Below, piece by piece: positions 19,245 to 32,000 of a DNA stretch of 32,000 bases. The DNA is taken from NCBI RefSeq assembly GCF_002945325.1, contig NZ_CP026606.1, positions 1,320,001 to 1,352,000 of the forward strand, read 5' to 3'. Positions within the stretch are counted from its first letter, which is position 1, and each line of letters starts with the position of its first letter. Made by a program: the position numbers and the translations under genes. The DNA comes from Methanococcus maripaludis. Its GTDB lineage: Archaea > AGJL01 > Methanococci > Methanococcales > Methanococcaceae. The notes under the pieces were generated by a model. It was given only the letters and a program-made list of their open reading frames with translations, was not told the DNA's origin and did no database searches.

Positions 19245-19300
19245 TTGTTACCCTTTTATGACATAGGGTCATGTATAAAGAGATATAAAAAGTATTTAAT

Positions 19301-19867
19301 TTATCTTGCAGATTGTGCAACTCTCTCTTTTTCTTCTTTTTTCTTAACAGCAAAGCTTTTTTGCATGTCAGCTTTTGAAGCAAAGATGAGTTCGTCTGCT
19401 AAGCATTGAGCAACGGTTTTTTTATTTTTGTGTGCGCTTTCTGAAGCACCAAGTGCAATGTTTCTAAAAGCTGTGTCCAATCGTCTTGATGGTGAAACAT
19501 CAACTGACTGTAAGAATGCAATTCCCCCGTAGGAGATTCTTGTTGTTTCTTCCCTAGGTCCTGAATTTTCTAAAGCATCAACTAAAACTTGAACAGGGTT
19601 TTCTTTAGTCCTGTTTTCAATGATTGACAAAGCTTCTTCGACAATTGCTAAAGTTTCGTGTTTTTTACCGGTGTTGTTTTGGTTAGCCATTAATTTGTTA
19701 GCTAATCTTTCTACAATGTTCATTTTTGATTTATCAAAACTTTTCTTTGAGTTTCTTCCTGCAGTATGTGGAACTAAAACTGGAGCTACACTAATGTAGG
19801 ATTTTAAACTTGGGTCTTTAACTGCGACAGTTTCACTGTCCCATTTACCAAATAATTTGATTTCCAA
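19301..19867 (-). CDS. rps7: 30S ribosomal protein S7 (uS7)
   Basis: 188 aa with a conserved uS7 core. Apparent TTG start 5 nt after GGGTGA. Confidence 0.95.
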   Translation of the reverse strand: MEIKLFGKWDSETVAVKDPSLKSYISVAPVLVPHTAGRNSKKSFDKSKMNIVERLANKLMANQNNTGKKHETLAIVEEALSIIENRTKENPVQVLVDALENSGPREETTRISYGGIAFLQSVDVSPSRRLDTAFRNIALGASESAHKNKKTVAQCLADELIFASKADMQKSFAVKKKEEKERVAQSAR

Positions 19868-19900
19868 TTTTTCACCCTTTTTTCTTTTTTAGATCTTAAT

Positions 19901-20344
19901 TTATCTTTTAACTTTTTCCTGTCTTCCTCTGACAAGCTCTCTGATTGAGTTTTTACCGACTAATACAACTTTGTATCTAACTCCTGGAATATCCCCTTTA
20001 GCCTGTCCTGATGGACCACCGATACCTTCGATAACAACTTCGTCGTGTTCATCAATGAAGTTGATAGCGTGGTTTCCAGGTGCAAATGCTGTAACTTGTC
20101 TACCGTTTTTGATTAACTGAACTCTAACACATTTTCTGATAGCAGAGTTTGGCTGTTTTGCTTCGAGACCTACTTTCTCAATAACAATTCCTCTTCCCAT
20201 TGGAGCTCCTTCTAATGGGTCAGCTTTTAATTTTAAGCTTAGAGCTTTGTTAACGTATTTGTAGTGGTGCCATCTGCTTGCTTTTCTTTTTAAAAGTAAT
20301 TTTCTTCCTGCGAATTCTCCTTTTGGAGATTTACTTCCTGCCAT
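19901..20344 (-). CDS. rps12: 30S ribosomal protein S12 (uS12)
   Basis: 147 aa, with [19 protein letters not shown] as the hallmark uS12 segment. Confidence 0.95.
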   Translation of the reverse strand: MAGSKSPKGEFAGRKLLLKRKASRWHHYKYVNKALSLKLKADPLEGAPMGRGIVIEKVGLEAKQPNSAIRKCVRVQLIKNGRQVTAFAPGNHAINFIDEHDEVVIEGIGGPSGQAKGDIPGVRYKVVLVGKNSIRELVRGRQEKVKR

Positions 20345-20353
20345 AAAATCACC

Positions 20354-20875
20354 TTATTGGTTTTCTTCAGCTTCAACATTTTTAGATGATTCTGCTGCTT
20401 TTTCAGGTACTTCTTCCTGTTTTGGTTTTTTATCGTTATCTTTTCTTAAACCAGCAACGACTTTGATATTTTTAACACCTGCAAGTCTTCCTGCAATGTC
20501 TACTGCTCTATCAATGTTTTTTCCTTTGTCTCCAATAATAGCTCTCCTAAATCTTGGATGAACTCTTATGTAAACTACTAAATCGTCACCAAATTTTTTA
20601 GTCCATACATCTTCTACTTCAATTGGAGCAAAGATGTTTTTAATGAACTGTTTTACATCTTCTGAGTATTCGATTAAGTCTATTTTTTTACCGAATTTTT
20701 CAGTTGCATTTCTCACATTTTCGCCGCCTTTTCCAATTGCAGCTCCAATGTCACCTTCTTTAACAACGAAAACAATTTTTTCATCATCAGAAGTGCTATC
20801 AATCACGTCAGCACCAGTCATCTTTTCGAAGAGACTGATTCTCATGATATCTTCTGTATTAAGTTTAATTCTCAT
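20354..20875 (-). CDS. nusA: Archaeal NusA-like transcription termination/antitermination protein (two KH domains)
   Basis: About 173 aa with KH GxxG motifs (IGKGGENV, IGDKGKNI). Conserved position between rpl30e and rps12. ATG at 20875 follows GGTGATGG. Confidence 0.85.
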   Translation of the reverse strand: MRIKLNTEDIMRISLFEKMTGADVIDSTSDDEKIVFVVKEGDIGAAIGKGGENVRNATEKFGKKIDLIEYSEDVKQFIKNIFAPIEVEDVWTKKFGDDLVVYIRVHPRFRRAIIGDKGKNIDRAVDIAGRLAGVKNIKVVAGLRKDNDKKPKQEEVPEKAAESSKNVEAEENQ

Positions 20876-20891
20876 CAACCATCACCCGCGG

Positions 20892-21194
20892 TTATTCTTC
20901 ATTGTTAACGTTTAAAATAGCCGAGTTACCAGGTTCTAAAACCAACAATGCGGAAACAGGGAATGGTTTTCCACAAATAGCTCCAAGTTCAATTGAAGTT
21001 GCCTGGTGTGTGTAAACCGGGGTTTCTGAAAGTTGTGTGTAATAAAAAATGTCTTCTCTAACGTCTTTTGCGCAGTTGTCTGCAACAATTACTAACTGGC
21101 CTTCGCCGTGTTTTATGTTTTTAATAGCCTGTTTTGTACCTAAGACTACATTTCCAGTGTCCACTGCTACTCTTATAGCTCTGTTTATGTCCAT
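20892..21194 (-). CDS. rpl30e: 50S ribosomal protein L30e
   Basis: About 100 aa from ATG 21194 ([22 protein letters not shown]...), preceded by GGAGGT. Canonical position after rpoA2. Confidence 0.85.
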   Translation of the reverse strand: MDINRAIRVAVDTGNVVLGTKQAIKNIKHGEGQLVIVADNCAKDVREDIFYYTQLSETPVYTHQATSIELGAICGKPFPVSALLVLEPGNSAILNVNNEE

Positions 21195-21263
21195 ATTAGA
21201 CCTCCTTCTCATTATATTCTCCAGAGGGTTTTCCTATGCAATTTGGAAATTAATGTCCCTATG

Positions 21264-21276
21264 AATATACGAACTA
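21264..21276 (-). promoter_or_regulatory. 13-mer AATATACGAACTA, copy B, in the 215-nt rpoA2-rpl30e spacer
   Basis: Identical to 19232-19244. The minus strand reads TAGTTCGTATATTCAT, 70-82 nt upstream of the rpl30e ATG. Confidence 0.3.
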
Positions 21277-21409
21277 GTTAATAGTTACATGTTATTTTTA
21301 TACCTTTGCATCAACCAAAAACTCTCTAATTATAATTAACGGATCGAAGTGAGTGTTATAAACGGTATAAAAAAACGATTATCTTAAAAATAATTAAAAA
21401 AGTATTAAA

Positions 21410-25283
<3,874 letters not shown>

Positions 25284-25333
25284 ATGTTTCACCGTGGTTT
25301 TAGACCTTTTTAATAAAAAATAAATAATTTAAG

Positions 25334-27178
25334 TTATGCTCTGTCTTTTAATTCTAATTTTGGATCGATTCCCATACTTTTAAGCTCATCCAACAATAAT
25401 TTGAATGCATAAGCAATTTTTACAGGTGGAATCTTTCTGTTATCTTGAATGTCTTCTGATTCACCACAAACTGGACAGAATTTCATGCCTCTCTTGTAAT
25501 CGAAGATTGCAATTTCACCACATTTAGCACAGACGTAGTCTTCGTGAGGGTCTGATTCATCGAGAAGTCTTTCCTTAAGGAGCATTGCAGCACCGTGGGC
25601 AACTAACACATCTCTTTCCATTTCCCCAAACCTAAGACCTCCTTCTCTTGCCCTACCTTCTGTAGGCTGTCTTGTAAGAACTTGGATTGGTCCTCTGCTT
25701 CTTGCGTGGATTTTTCCAGCAACCAAGTGGTGTAATTTCTGGTAGTATGCAACTCCAACGAAAATATCGCACTCTAATTTTCTACCGGATTTTCCATCAT
25801 ACATTGCTTCTTTTGCATGGTGTTCAAAGCCGTATTTTTCAAGGCCTTCTCTTAATTTCCATTCGCTTTCGCCGCTGAAAATTGTTCCGTCGATTCTTCT
25901 GCATTCCAATGAACCAACTTTACCACCAATCATTTCAAGAACCTGTCCGATAGTCATCCTTGAAGGGATCGCGTGCGGGTTGATAATTAAATCAGGAATT
26001 ACTCCATCTTCAGTATAGGGTAAGTCTTCTTGTGGAACAATGAGTCCAATAACCCCTTTCTGACCGTGTCTTGATGCAAATTTGTCACCAAACTCAGGAA
26101 TTCTTAAATCTCTAACTCTAACTTTTCCAAGTCTGTTTCCTTCTTTTGTTTCACTCAAAATTACGAGGTCAACGATTCCTTCTTCGCCATGTCGAATCGT
26201 AACTGAAGTGTCTCTTCTCTGTGATTTTGTTTGAAGGGTGATTTCCTGTTCTTCTAAAAATCTTGGAGGTGACGTTTTTCCTAAAATTACATCTCCCGAT
26301 TTTACTGAGGATTCAAGGTCGATTAAACCATCGTCACCTAAGTTTCTGTAGGCTTCTTCAGCTCTGTAACCCCTAACTCCTTTTTCAGGAACTTCGAATT
26401 TATCGAGTTGTCCTCCAGGGTATCTTTTTTCAAAGCTTTCGTAGCTTCTAAAGAATGAACTTCTACCAAGACCTCTTTCAAGAGATGCTTTGTTGATAAT
26501 GAACGCATCCTCCATGTTATAGCCTTCGTAACTCATAACTGCTACAACGAAGTTCTGTCCAGCAGGTCTTTTATCAAATCCTAAGATTTCCTGGTGTTTT
26601 GTTCTTACAAGTGGAACTTGGGGGTAGTGGAGTAAGTGTCCTCTTGTATCCATTCTCCATTTTATGTTTGCCATGGGAATTCCAAGTGACTGTTTACTCA
26701 TCGCAGCAGCCATTGTAATCCTTGGAGCTGAATTGTGTTCTGGATATGGGGCAACACCTGCACCGATACCTAAAATAACAAGAGGGTCAATTTCAACGTG
26801 CGTGTTTTCCTCGGTTATTTCATCTTCATACATCGCAATTCTTGCGTTTTCTTCTTCTTCAGCATCTAAATATTCAATAATTCCTGAATTTACTAAATCT
26901 AAAAAAGTTAATTCTTTAGATTCCATTTTTTCGAGTATTTCTTCTGTTACTTTTGAAGCACCGTTTTCAACAACAATCAATGGTCTTACAGCCCTTCCAC
27001 CATCGGTTGAAATGTGGACATCGTTACTTTCTTCATTGAACGAAATTGACGTGCTTGGCGATAATTTTCCACTTCTTCTGTTTTCCCTTAAGTTTTTAAC
27101 AAGTGTTTCAGGGTCTTGTGTGGTATCGATCAATTTCCCGTTAACATATACATTTGTCTGCTTTTCCAAGGTATCCAC
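25334..27178 (-). CDS. rpoB1: DNA-directed RNA polymerase subunit B' (Rpo2C, C-terminal half of B)
   Basis: 614 aa with SRHGQKG, GEMERD and a C-terminal Zn-ribbon (CAKCGE...CPVCG). The start is either GTG 27178 or TTG 27169, which lies 4 nt after AAGGTGGA. Confidence 0.95.
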   Translation of the reverse strand: MDTLEKQTNVYVNGKLIDTTQDPETLVKNLRENRRSGKLSPSTSISFNEESNDVHISTDGGRAVRPLIVVENGASKVTEEILEKMESKELTFLDLVNSGIIEYLDAEEEENARIAMYEDEITEENTHVEIDPLVILGIGAGVAPYPEHNSAPRITMAAAMSKQSLGIPMANIKWRMDTRGHLLHYPQVPLVRTKHQEILGFDKRPAGQNFVVAVMSYEGYNMEDAFIINKASLERGLGRSSFFRSYESFEKRYPGGQLDKFEVPEKGVRGYRAEEAYRNLGDDGLIDLESSVKSGDVILGKTSPPRFLEEQEITLQTKSQRRDTSVTIRHGEEGIVDLVILSETKEGNRLGKVRVRDLRIPEFGDKFASRHGQKGVIGLIVPQEDLPYTEDGVIPDLIINPHAIPSRMTIGQVLEMIGGKVGSLECRRIDGTIFSGESEWKLREGLEKYGFEHHAKEAMYDGKSGRKLECDIFVGVAYYQKLHHLVAGKIHARSRGPIQVLTRQPTEGRAREGGLRFGEMERDVLVAHGAAMLLKERLLDESDPHEDYVCAKCGEIAIFDYKRGMKFCPVCGESEDIQDNRKIPPVKIAYAFKLLLDELKSMGIDPKLELKDRA

Positions 27179-27212
27179 CTTCTTAATTGACTAAATTCGA
27201 TCAATATTAAAT

Positions 27213-28712
27213 TTAGTTTTCCTTTGTGAGCCCGAGTTCTTTTAATAATTCGATTACGCTATCGTCGCCTTCGTCAGTAGTTACTTTGCACATTACAGCA
27301 AGGTTTTTTACCAGACCACAGTTTGGACCTTCTGGTGTTTCGGATGGACATATTTTACCCCATTGGGTTGCGTGCAAGTCTCTCGCTTCGAAGTGAGGCT
27401 GTGATCTTGAAAGTGGAGATACAACTCTTCTTAATTGCGATACTGTTGCAAGGTAACTGGTTCTATCGAGAAGCTGGGATACCCCTGTTCTTCCACCTAC
27501 CCAGTTTCCAGTAGCCATTGCATGTCTCATTCTTTCAGTTAAAACATCGCTTCTAACTGCAGCTTGAATTGAAGGCTCTTTGTTTCTAATTGCCTGTCTT
27601 TCGAGCTGGTATTTGATATCTTTAATTAACTGGTTGAATGAATGTCTGAATAAGTCTTCCATTAAGTCTCCAGCTAATTTTAATCTTTTATTTGAATAAT
27701 GGTCCTTATCATCTTCAACCCTTAATCCTAAGTAAAGTTCGATTGAATTTTTAGCCATTCTTCCAAGATATTTACATTTAGCGCCTAATTTTTCAGATTC
27801 TACGCCCATGTGTGGCAATAGGTAGTTACAAAGAATTGTTTCTGCTCTTTTTAACTTGTACTCTTTAGGCTGTCCTGGAGCTACTCTTTTTCCAATATGT
27901 TCGAGTGCATCTTCAGTCGTGTTTATTGCATGCTCTTCTCTTGCTTCCTGTAAGTTTGCAATTAACTGCATGACAACTGTTGGTTCGTCCGAAATTAATT
28001 CGATAATTTCTCTATCTGATTCTGCACCGAGTGCTCTCATTAATATAACTAATGGAATTGTGCTAGGCATTCCTGGGAATGAAACATTTAATAATCCATC
28101 AGGATTTCTTTCAACAGTACAAAGTGCCCTAAATCCATGTCTGGTTGAAAATACTTTTGCGATATCTACAACTTTGTTGTTTTTTTCTACCTTTTCACAT
28201 ATAATTCTGTTAGGAATAAGGTCTTCTTGAGCAACAACTGCTTTTTCTGAACCATTAACAATAAAATAACCTAAAGGATCTTGTGTATCTTCGCCGTATT
28301 TTATCAATTCTTCTGCAGATTTTCCGCACAAATGGCAGATTTCTGAACCAAGCATTACTGGAAGTTCTCCAATGTAAACTTCAACAGGGGATAATACTTT
28401 TTCTTCTTCACCTTCACCGACAGTTGGTATCATTTCAAGGTAAAGCGGTGCAGAGTATGCAAGGTTTCTGATTCTTGCTTCCATAGGTGTTATTGGTTTT
28501 ACAGAACCGTCAGCTTCCTTATTTATTGGTTTTGTAACTCTCACGTTTCCAAAGGATACTTTGTATCCTCCTTTAATTTCTGTTTCAACACCAGTTACCT
28601 CATCAATGATTCGTTGAATTTTATTCTTAACAAAATCATCGTAGGAATCGATGTGGTGTTTTACTAAACTGTTTTCTTTAAAAAATGCATCAACAACGAC
28701 ACGGGATTCCAT
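27213..28712 (-). CDS. rpoB2: DNA-directed RNA polymerase subunit B'' (Rpo2N, N-terminal half of B)
   Basis: 499 aa. N-terminal LVKHHIDSYDDF; the C-terminus ends at the methanogen/halophile split point. Confidence 0.95.
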   Translation of the reverse strand: MESRVVVDAFFKENSLVKHHIDSYDDFVKNKIQRIIDEVTGVETEIKGGYKVSFGNVRVTKPINKEADGSVKPITPMEARIRNLAYSAPLYLEMIPTVGEGEEEKVLSPVEVYIGELPVMLGSEICHLCGKSAEELIKYGEDTQDPLGYFIVNGSEKAVVAQEDLIPNRIICEKVEKNNKVVDIAKVFSTRHGFRALCTVERNPDGLLNVSFPGMPSTIPLVILMRALGAESDREIIELISDEPTVVMQLIANLQEAREEHAINTTEDALEHIGKRVAPGQPKEYKLKRAETILCNYLLPHMGVESEKLGAKCKYLGRMAKNSIELYLGLRVEDDKDHYSNKRLKLAGDLMEDLFRHSFNQLIKDIKYQLERQAIRNKEPSIQAAVRSDVLTERMRHAMATGNWVGGRTGVSQLLDRTSYLATVSQLRRVVSPLSRSQPHFEARDLHATQWGKICPSETPEGPNCGLVKNLAVMCKVTTDEGDDSVIELLKELGLTKEN

Positions 28713-28793
28713 GATTTTCCCCCATAGATTTTAGATAAAGGACTAATAGCTTATTTTAAATTTTAAAAATATTTAGCAGGTATTAACCAGCAG

Positions 28794-29030
28794 TTAGAGT
28801 GAAGTTGCTATTACTAATCTGTAATAGGTAGATTCGCCTGCGGTAGGGCTCATTCTGGTTATTTTTACAACGTCTCCAGGTGTTGCTCCAATTTCAAGCA
28901 CGAGGGGATCGGTATCGAGCAATTTTGGGAATTGCTGCATTTTTATACTGTATTTTTCGAGTAAAAGGGGTATTTCTTCTCTTGGAATAATCTCATGTGT
29001 CGGAACCATTTCATGTGACGATATTTTCAC
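28794..29030 (-). CDS. rpoH: DNA-directed RNA polymerase subunit H (Rpo5)
   Basis: 78 aa, [14 protein letters not shown]...[20 protein letters not shown] start 7 nt after GGAGG. First gene of the rpo cluster. Confidence 0.9.
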   Translation of the reverse strand: MKISSHEMVPTHEIIPREEIPLLLEKYSIKMQQFPKLLDTDPLVLEIGATPGDVVKITRMSPTAGESTYYRLVIATSL

Positions 29031-29070
29031 AATTTGGCCTCCATTTGTTTAAAATAGTTATAAAAATAAA

Positions 29071-29087
29071 CTTATGCGTATAATATT
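29071..29087 (-). promoter_or_regulatory. Copy 3 of the TTATGCGT-TA motif / candidate rpoH (RNAP operon) promoter
   Basis: The minus strand reads AATATTATACGCATAAG, about 45-57 nt upstream of the rpoH GTG. A TATA-like element is followed by CGCATAAG. Confidence 0.35.
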
Positions 29088-29283
29088 AATATCATGAAAA
29101 ATAGTGGTAACTCATATATATTATTTTCTATCTTTAAATACATTTCTAAATTGTTTCAAGTTAACAAAATAATGATATGGTTATATAATATGGGGTATAT
29201 ATACTATAGAACTAACCCAATGGATTTATTGTCCAGATATTATACATTCACTGCTTTAAATATATAAAATTAAGGTTGATATT

Positions 29284-30825
29284 TTGAAAACCGTTCACGA
29301 AATTAACGAGAAGATACGAAATGGCGATGCAGTTGTAGTCACTGCAGAAGAGATGATCGATATAGTCGACGAACTGGGTGCAGAAAAAGCGGCAGTTGAA
29401 ATAGATGTAGTTACAACAGGTACATTTGGAGCAATGTGTTCAAGCGGAGCATTTTTAAATTTTGGACACTCTGATCCGCCAATAAAAATGTGTAAAACAT
29501 ATTTGAATGGTGTGGAAGCATATTCGGGAATTGCAGCAGTTGATGCTTATTTAGGGGCTACTCAAACGAATAGTGATGATGATATTGATATATCATATGG
29601 GGGTTCCCACGTTCTTGAAGATCTTGTCGCAGGGAAAGAAATTGAACTTGTAGCGGAAGGATACACTACTGACTGCTACCCTAGAAAAAAAGTAGAAACA
29701 ACAATAACAATCGATGATTTAAATCAGGCAATCTTAGTAAATCCAAGAAACTGCTACCAATCTTACAACGGTGCTACAAACAGCACCGAAGAAAAGATAT
29801 ACACTTACATGGGTGCACTTCTCCCAGAATTTGGAAATCTAAATTATTCCGGTGCAGGTCAACTAAATCCACTGCAAAACGATTTCAATAAAGAAACAAA
29901 AACTTATAACACCTTAGGAATGGGTACAAGAATCTTCTTAGGTGGTGCACAAGGTTATATTGCAGGTTCAGGAACCCAGCACAGTCCAAATGGTGGATTT
30001 GGAACCTTGATGGTTCAAGGAGACCTAAAAGAAATGAGTACTAAATATTTAAGAGGAGCAACGATTCCAAAATACGGAAGTACGCTTTACATGGGGATCG
30101 GAATTCCAATTCCAGTATTAAACGCAGAAATTGCAAAAACCTGTGCAATAAAAGATGAAGATATTGCAATACCCATATTGGATTACGGAATTCCAAGAAG
30201 GGATAAGCCCGAGTTAGGCGTTACAAACTATAAAGATGCAAGATCTGGAAAAGTAACGATTGAAGTCGAAATCGAAGGCAAAAAAGTAGATAAATGCATG
30301 AGATCTGCATCAGTTTCAAGTTATAAAGTTTCAAGGGAAATTTCAAAAGAACTTAAAAACTGGATTTCAAATAGCGAATTTATGTTAACCGAAAGACTTG
30401 AACCTTTAAAAAGTGCAGCTCCAAAACCAATGAAAGCAAAAATGAAACTTGTAAAAGATATATTGAGCAGACCTGTAGTTGTAGGAAGCTTAAATACTTC
30501 AATTACAGAAGCTTCAAGAGTTTTGATTGAAAATAATATAAATCATTTGCCAATTGTGGATGAAAACGGCAAACTTTCAGGAATAATTACGTCATGGGAT
30601 ATTGCAAAGGCAATGGCGCAGGATAAACATTCAATTTCTGAAATCATGACTACATATATAGTATCTGCAACACCAGATGAAACTATAGATATGGCAGCAA
30701 GAAAAATGAGCAGAAACAATATTTCAGGACTTCCTGTTGTCGATTCAAACAACAAGGTTCTTGGAGTGGTTTCAGCTGAAGATATCTCAAAACTTATCGG
30801 GAGAAATGGACTTCATAAAATTTAA
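29284..30825 (+). CDS. COG1900-domain + tandem CBS protein: homocysteine biosynthesis from aspartate semialdehyde (MJ0100 / MA1821 type)
   Basis: 513 aa. The N-terminal ~380 aa resemble the COG1900 family, and the C-terminal ~125 aa carry two CBS repeats (HLPIVDENGKLSGIITSWDI, GLPVVDSNNKVLGVVSAEDI). TTG start after AAGGTTGA. Confidence 0.8.
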   Translation: MKTVHEINEKIRNGDAVVVTAEEMIDIVDELGAEKAAVEIDVVTTGTFGAMCSSGAFLNFGHSDPPIKMCKTYLNGVEAYSGIAAVDAYLGATQTNSDDDIDISYGGSHVLEDLVAGKEIELVAEGYTTDCYPRKKVETTITIDDLNQAILVNPRNCYQSYNGATNSTEEKIYTYMGALLPEFGNLNYSGAGQLNPLQNDFNKETKTYNTLGMGTRIFLGGAQGYIAGSGTQHSPNGGFGTLMVQGDLKEMSTKYLRGATIPKYGSTLYMGIGIPIPVLNAEIAKTCAIKDEDIAIPILDYGIPRRDKPELGVTNYKDARSGKVTIEVEIEGKKVDKCMRSASVSSYKVSREISKELKNWISNSEFMLTERLEPLKSAAPKPMKAKMKLVKDILSRPVVVGSLNTSITEASRVLIENNINHLPIVDENGKLSGIITSWDIAKAMAQDKHSISEIMTTYIVSATPDETIDMAARKMSRNNISGLPVVDSNNKVLGVVSAEDISKLIGRNGLHKI

Positions 30826-30838
30826 TCTGGTGATTTAA

Positions 30839-31237
30839 GTGAAAAAGAGAGTATTTTACTGGATATCTGGAAGCAACGTAAGAGAACCGGTAGTTTCAAA
30901 CGTGGTTTTAGAAACCGGTGTAATGGTAAATATTTTAAAGGCAAAAATGGAACCAAGGGAAGGATTTTTAATTCTCGAATTAACTGGCGATGAAGGGCAG
31001 ATTGAAAAATCTATCGAAATACTGAAAAAATTCGGGGAAGTGGAAGATATTCCAAAAATCATCCAAAAAGATGATGAAAAATGCATTGATTGTGGTGCAT
31101 GTGTCGTTCACTGCCCTGTTGGTGCGCTTTCAGTTGACGAAGAATTTAAAATACTGCTCGACGAAGATGAATGCATTGGATGTAAAAACTGTGCAAAAAT
31201 ATGCCCTGTAAATGCAATTAAAATATTTGAAATCTAA
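30839..31237 (+). CDS. NIL-domain + 2x[4Fe-4S] ferredoxin protein (MA1822 / MJ0099 type partner of COG1900)
   Basis: 132 aa with an N-terminal NIL-like domain followed by CIDCGACVVHCP and CIGCKNCAKICP. GTG start 4 nt after GGTGAT. Confidence 0.8.
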   Translation: MKKRVFYWISGSNVREPVVSNVVLETGVMVNILKAKMEPREGFLILELTGDEGQIEKSIEILKKFGEVEDIPKIIQKDDEKCIDCGACVVHCPVGALSVDEEFKILLDEDECIGCKNCAKICPVNAIKIFEI

Positions 31238-31281
31238 TATTTCAATTAAATTTAATTTTTTACTGTTTTTTAGGTGATTTA

Positions 31282-31536
31282 ATGGATTTAACAATAAAAT
31301 TCTTTGCAAAATGCAGGGAAGATTTTGGCGAAGGTTTAAAAATATCAATAGATCTAAATGAAGTATCTGTTTTAGAATTGATTGAAATTTTAGAAAAAGA
31401 CTACAATTTACAATTAAAAGAAGATTTTGAAAATGGGCGAATAATTGTTTCAAAAGACTTTGAAATTGTTTCTTCAAACGATATAATAAATAAAAACAGT
31501 GAAATTGGAATATACCCTCCAGTTTCAGGCGGATAA
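31282..31536 (+). CDS. MoaD/ThiS-family ubiquitin-like small sulfur-carrier (SAMP-like), C-terminal Gly-Gly
   Basis: 84 aa ending ...IYPPVSGG directly before TAA. Beta-grasp-size protein, with GGTGAT RBS. Confidence 0.7.
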   Translation: MDLTIKFFAKCREDFGEGLKISIDLNEVSVLELIEILEKDYNLQLKEDFENGRIIVSKDFEIVSSNDIINKNSEIGIYPPVSGG

Positions 31537-31551
31537 ATTTACGTGATTACT

Positions 31552-32000
31552 ATGAAATGCAGAAAATGTGGTAAACCTCCAGTATATCATCAAAAACACT
31601 CTGGAAATAATTATTGTAAAGAGTGTTTCATAAAAGAAACTAAAAGAAAAGTTAGAAAGACTCTTGGAAGGGATGTTCTTAAAAATAACATAAAAGTTGC
31701 AATGGGCCTCAGTGGTGGAAAAGACAGCCTTGTAATGGCTTATCTTTTAAATGAATATTATAAACAGATTCCAAATTCTAATTTAATTGCAATAATGGTT
31801 AATGAGGGAATAGAAGGCTATAGAACTGATGGAATTGATGCAGCAGTAAAATTTTGCGAAGAATATGGCATTGAATACAAAATTGTTCACTTTAAAGATT
31901 ACCTTGGAACCAATCTTGATGAAATTGTAAAAATCGCAAAAGAAAAAAATCTTACAATGAATCCGTGTTCTTTTTGCGGAGTAATTAGGAGAAAAATCTT
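31552..32000 (+). CDS. ttuA: PP-loop ATPase tRNA 2-thiolation protein (TtuA / Ncs6 / NcsA family), 5' part; continues beyond the window
   Basis: Not in the ORF track because there is no stop in the window. ATG at 31552 gives MKCRKCGKPPVYHQKHSGNNYCKECF (Zn-finger CxxC..CxxC), the PP-loop SGGKDS, and PCSFCGVIRR cluster-ligand cysteines. It is open to base 32000. Confidence 0.8.
   Translation, partial: MKCRKCGKPPVYHQKHSGNNYCKECFIKETKRKVRKTLGRDVLKNNIKVAMGLSGGKDSLVMAYLLNEYYKQIPNSNLIAIMVNEGIEGYRTDGIDAAVKFCEEYGIEYKIVHFKDYLGTNLDEIVKIAKEKNLTMNPCSFCGVIRRKI

Noticed and set aside
26664-27194. 176-aa plus-strand ORF
   Set aside because: It is antisense to rpoB1, with Ser/Ile/Phe-rich low complexity. 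It is a shadow ORF of a highly conserved gene.
25293-28793. Split rpoB (B''/B') and split rpoA (A'/A'') as possible frameshifted or pseudogenised genes
   Set aside because: These splits are the normal gene organisation in methanogens and halophiles (B) and in all Archaea (A). Each part has its own SD and start.
31130-31477. 115-aa minus-strand ORF
   Set aside because: It is antisense to the NIL-ferredoxin 3' end and the MoaD-like gene, with a Leu/Asn/Gln-rich low-complexity translation.

Overview
AT-rich (roughly one-third GC), densely packed archaeal chromosome segment. Gene content and order match a Methanococcus-type hydrogenotrophic methanogen, closest in my memory to the M. maripaludis / M. 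vannielii layout. About 90% is coding, and most genes lie on the minus strand. From the right on the minus strand runs the classic archaeal RNA polymerase and translation cluster: rpoH, rpoB2, rpoB1, rpoA1, rpoA2, rpl30e, nusA, rps12, rps7, aEF-2, aEF-1alpha, rps10. Housekeeping genes follow: a phosphohexomutase, purP (plus strand), rnhB, trmI, a small membrane-protein patch, a thyA-like gene (plus strand), an amidohydrolase and a beta-CASP RNase. Next is the four-gene F420-reducing [NiFe] hydrogenase operon fruADGB, then a DUF389 membrane protein and a MEMO1-family protein. The right edge (plus strand) carries a sulfur-trafficking cluster: a COG1900+CBS homocysteine-synthesis protein, a NIL-ferredoxin partner, a MoaD/ThiS-like protein ending in GlyGly, and a partial TtuA/Ncs6-type PP-loop tRNA thiolase. 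The main feature the ORF track misses is an in-frame UGA (selenocysteine) in fruA. Reading through it restores the C-terminal Ni-binding motif, and a SECIS-like hairpin with a GAA/A internal loop sits in the fruA-fruD spacer. A second oddity is that the rpoA1 frame has no stop before the rpoA2 start and runs about 100 nt into rpoA2. I saw no CRISPR array, tRNA/rRNA, IS element, prophage or defence-island signature. This is a core region, and I cannot support a claim of a wholly new system here. Many ORF-track starts are over-extended into GTG/TTG triplets inside the GGTGA Shine-Dalgarno sequence, so I give refined starts where I could derive them.
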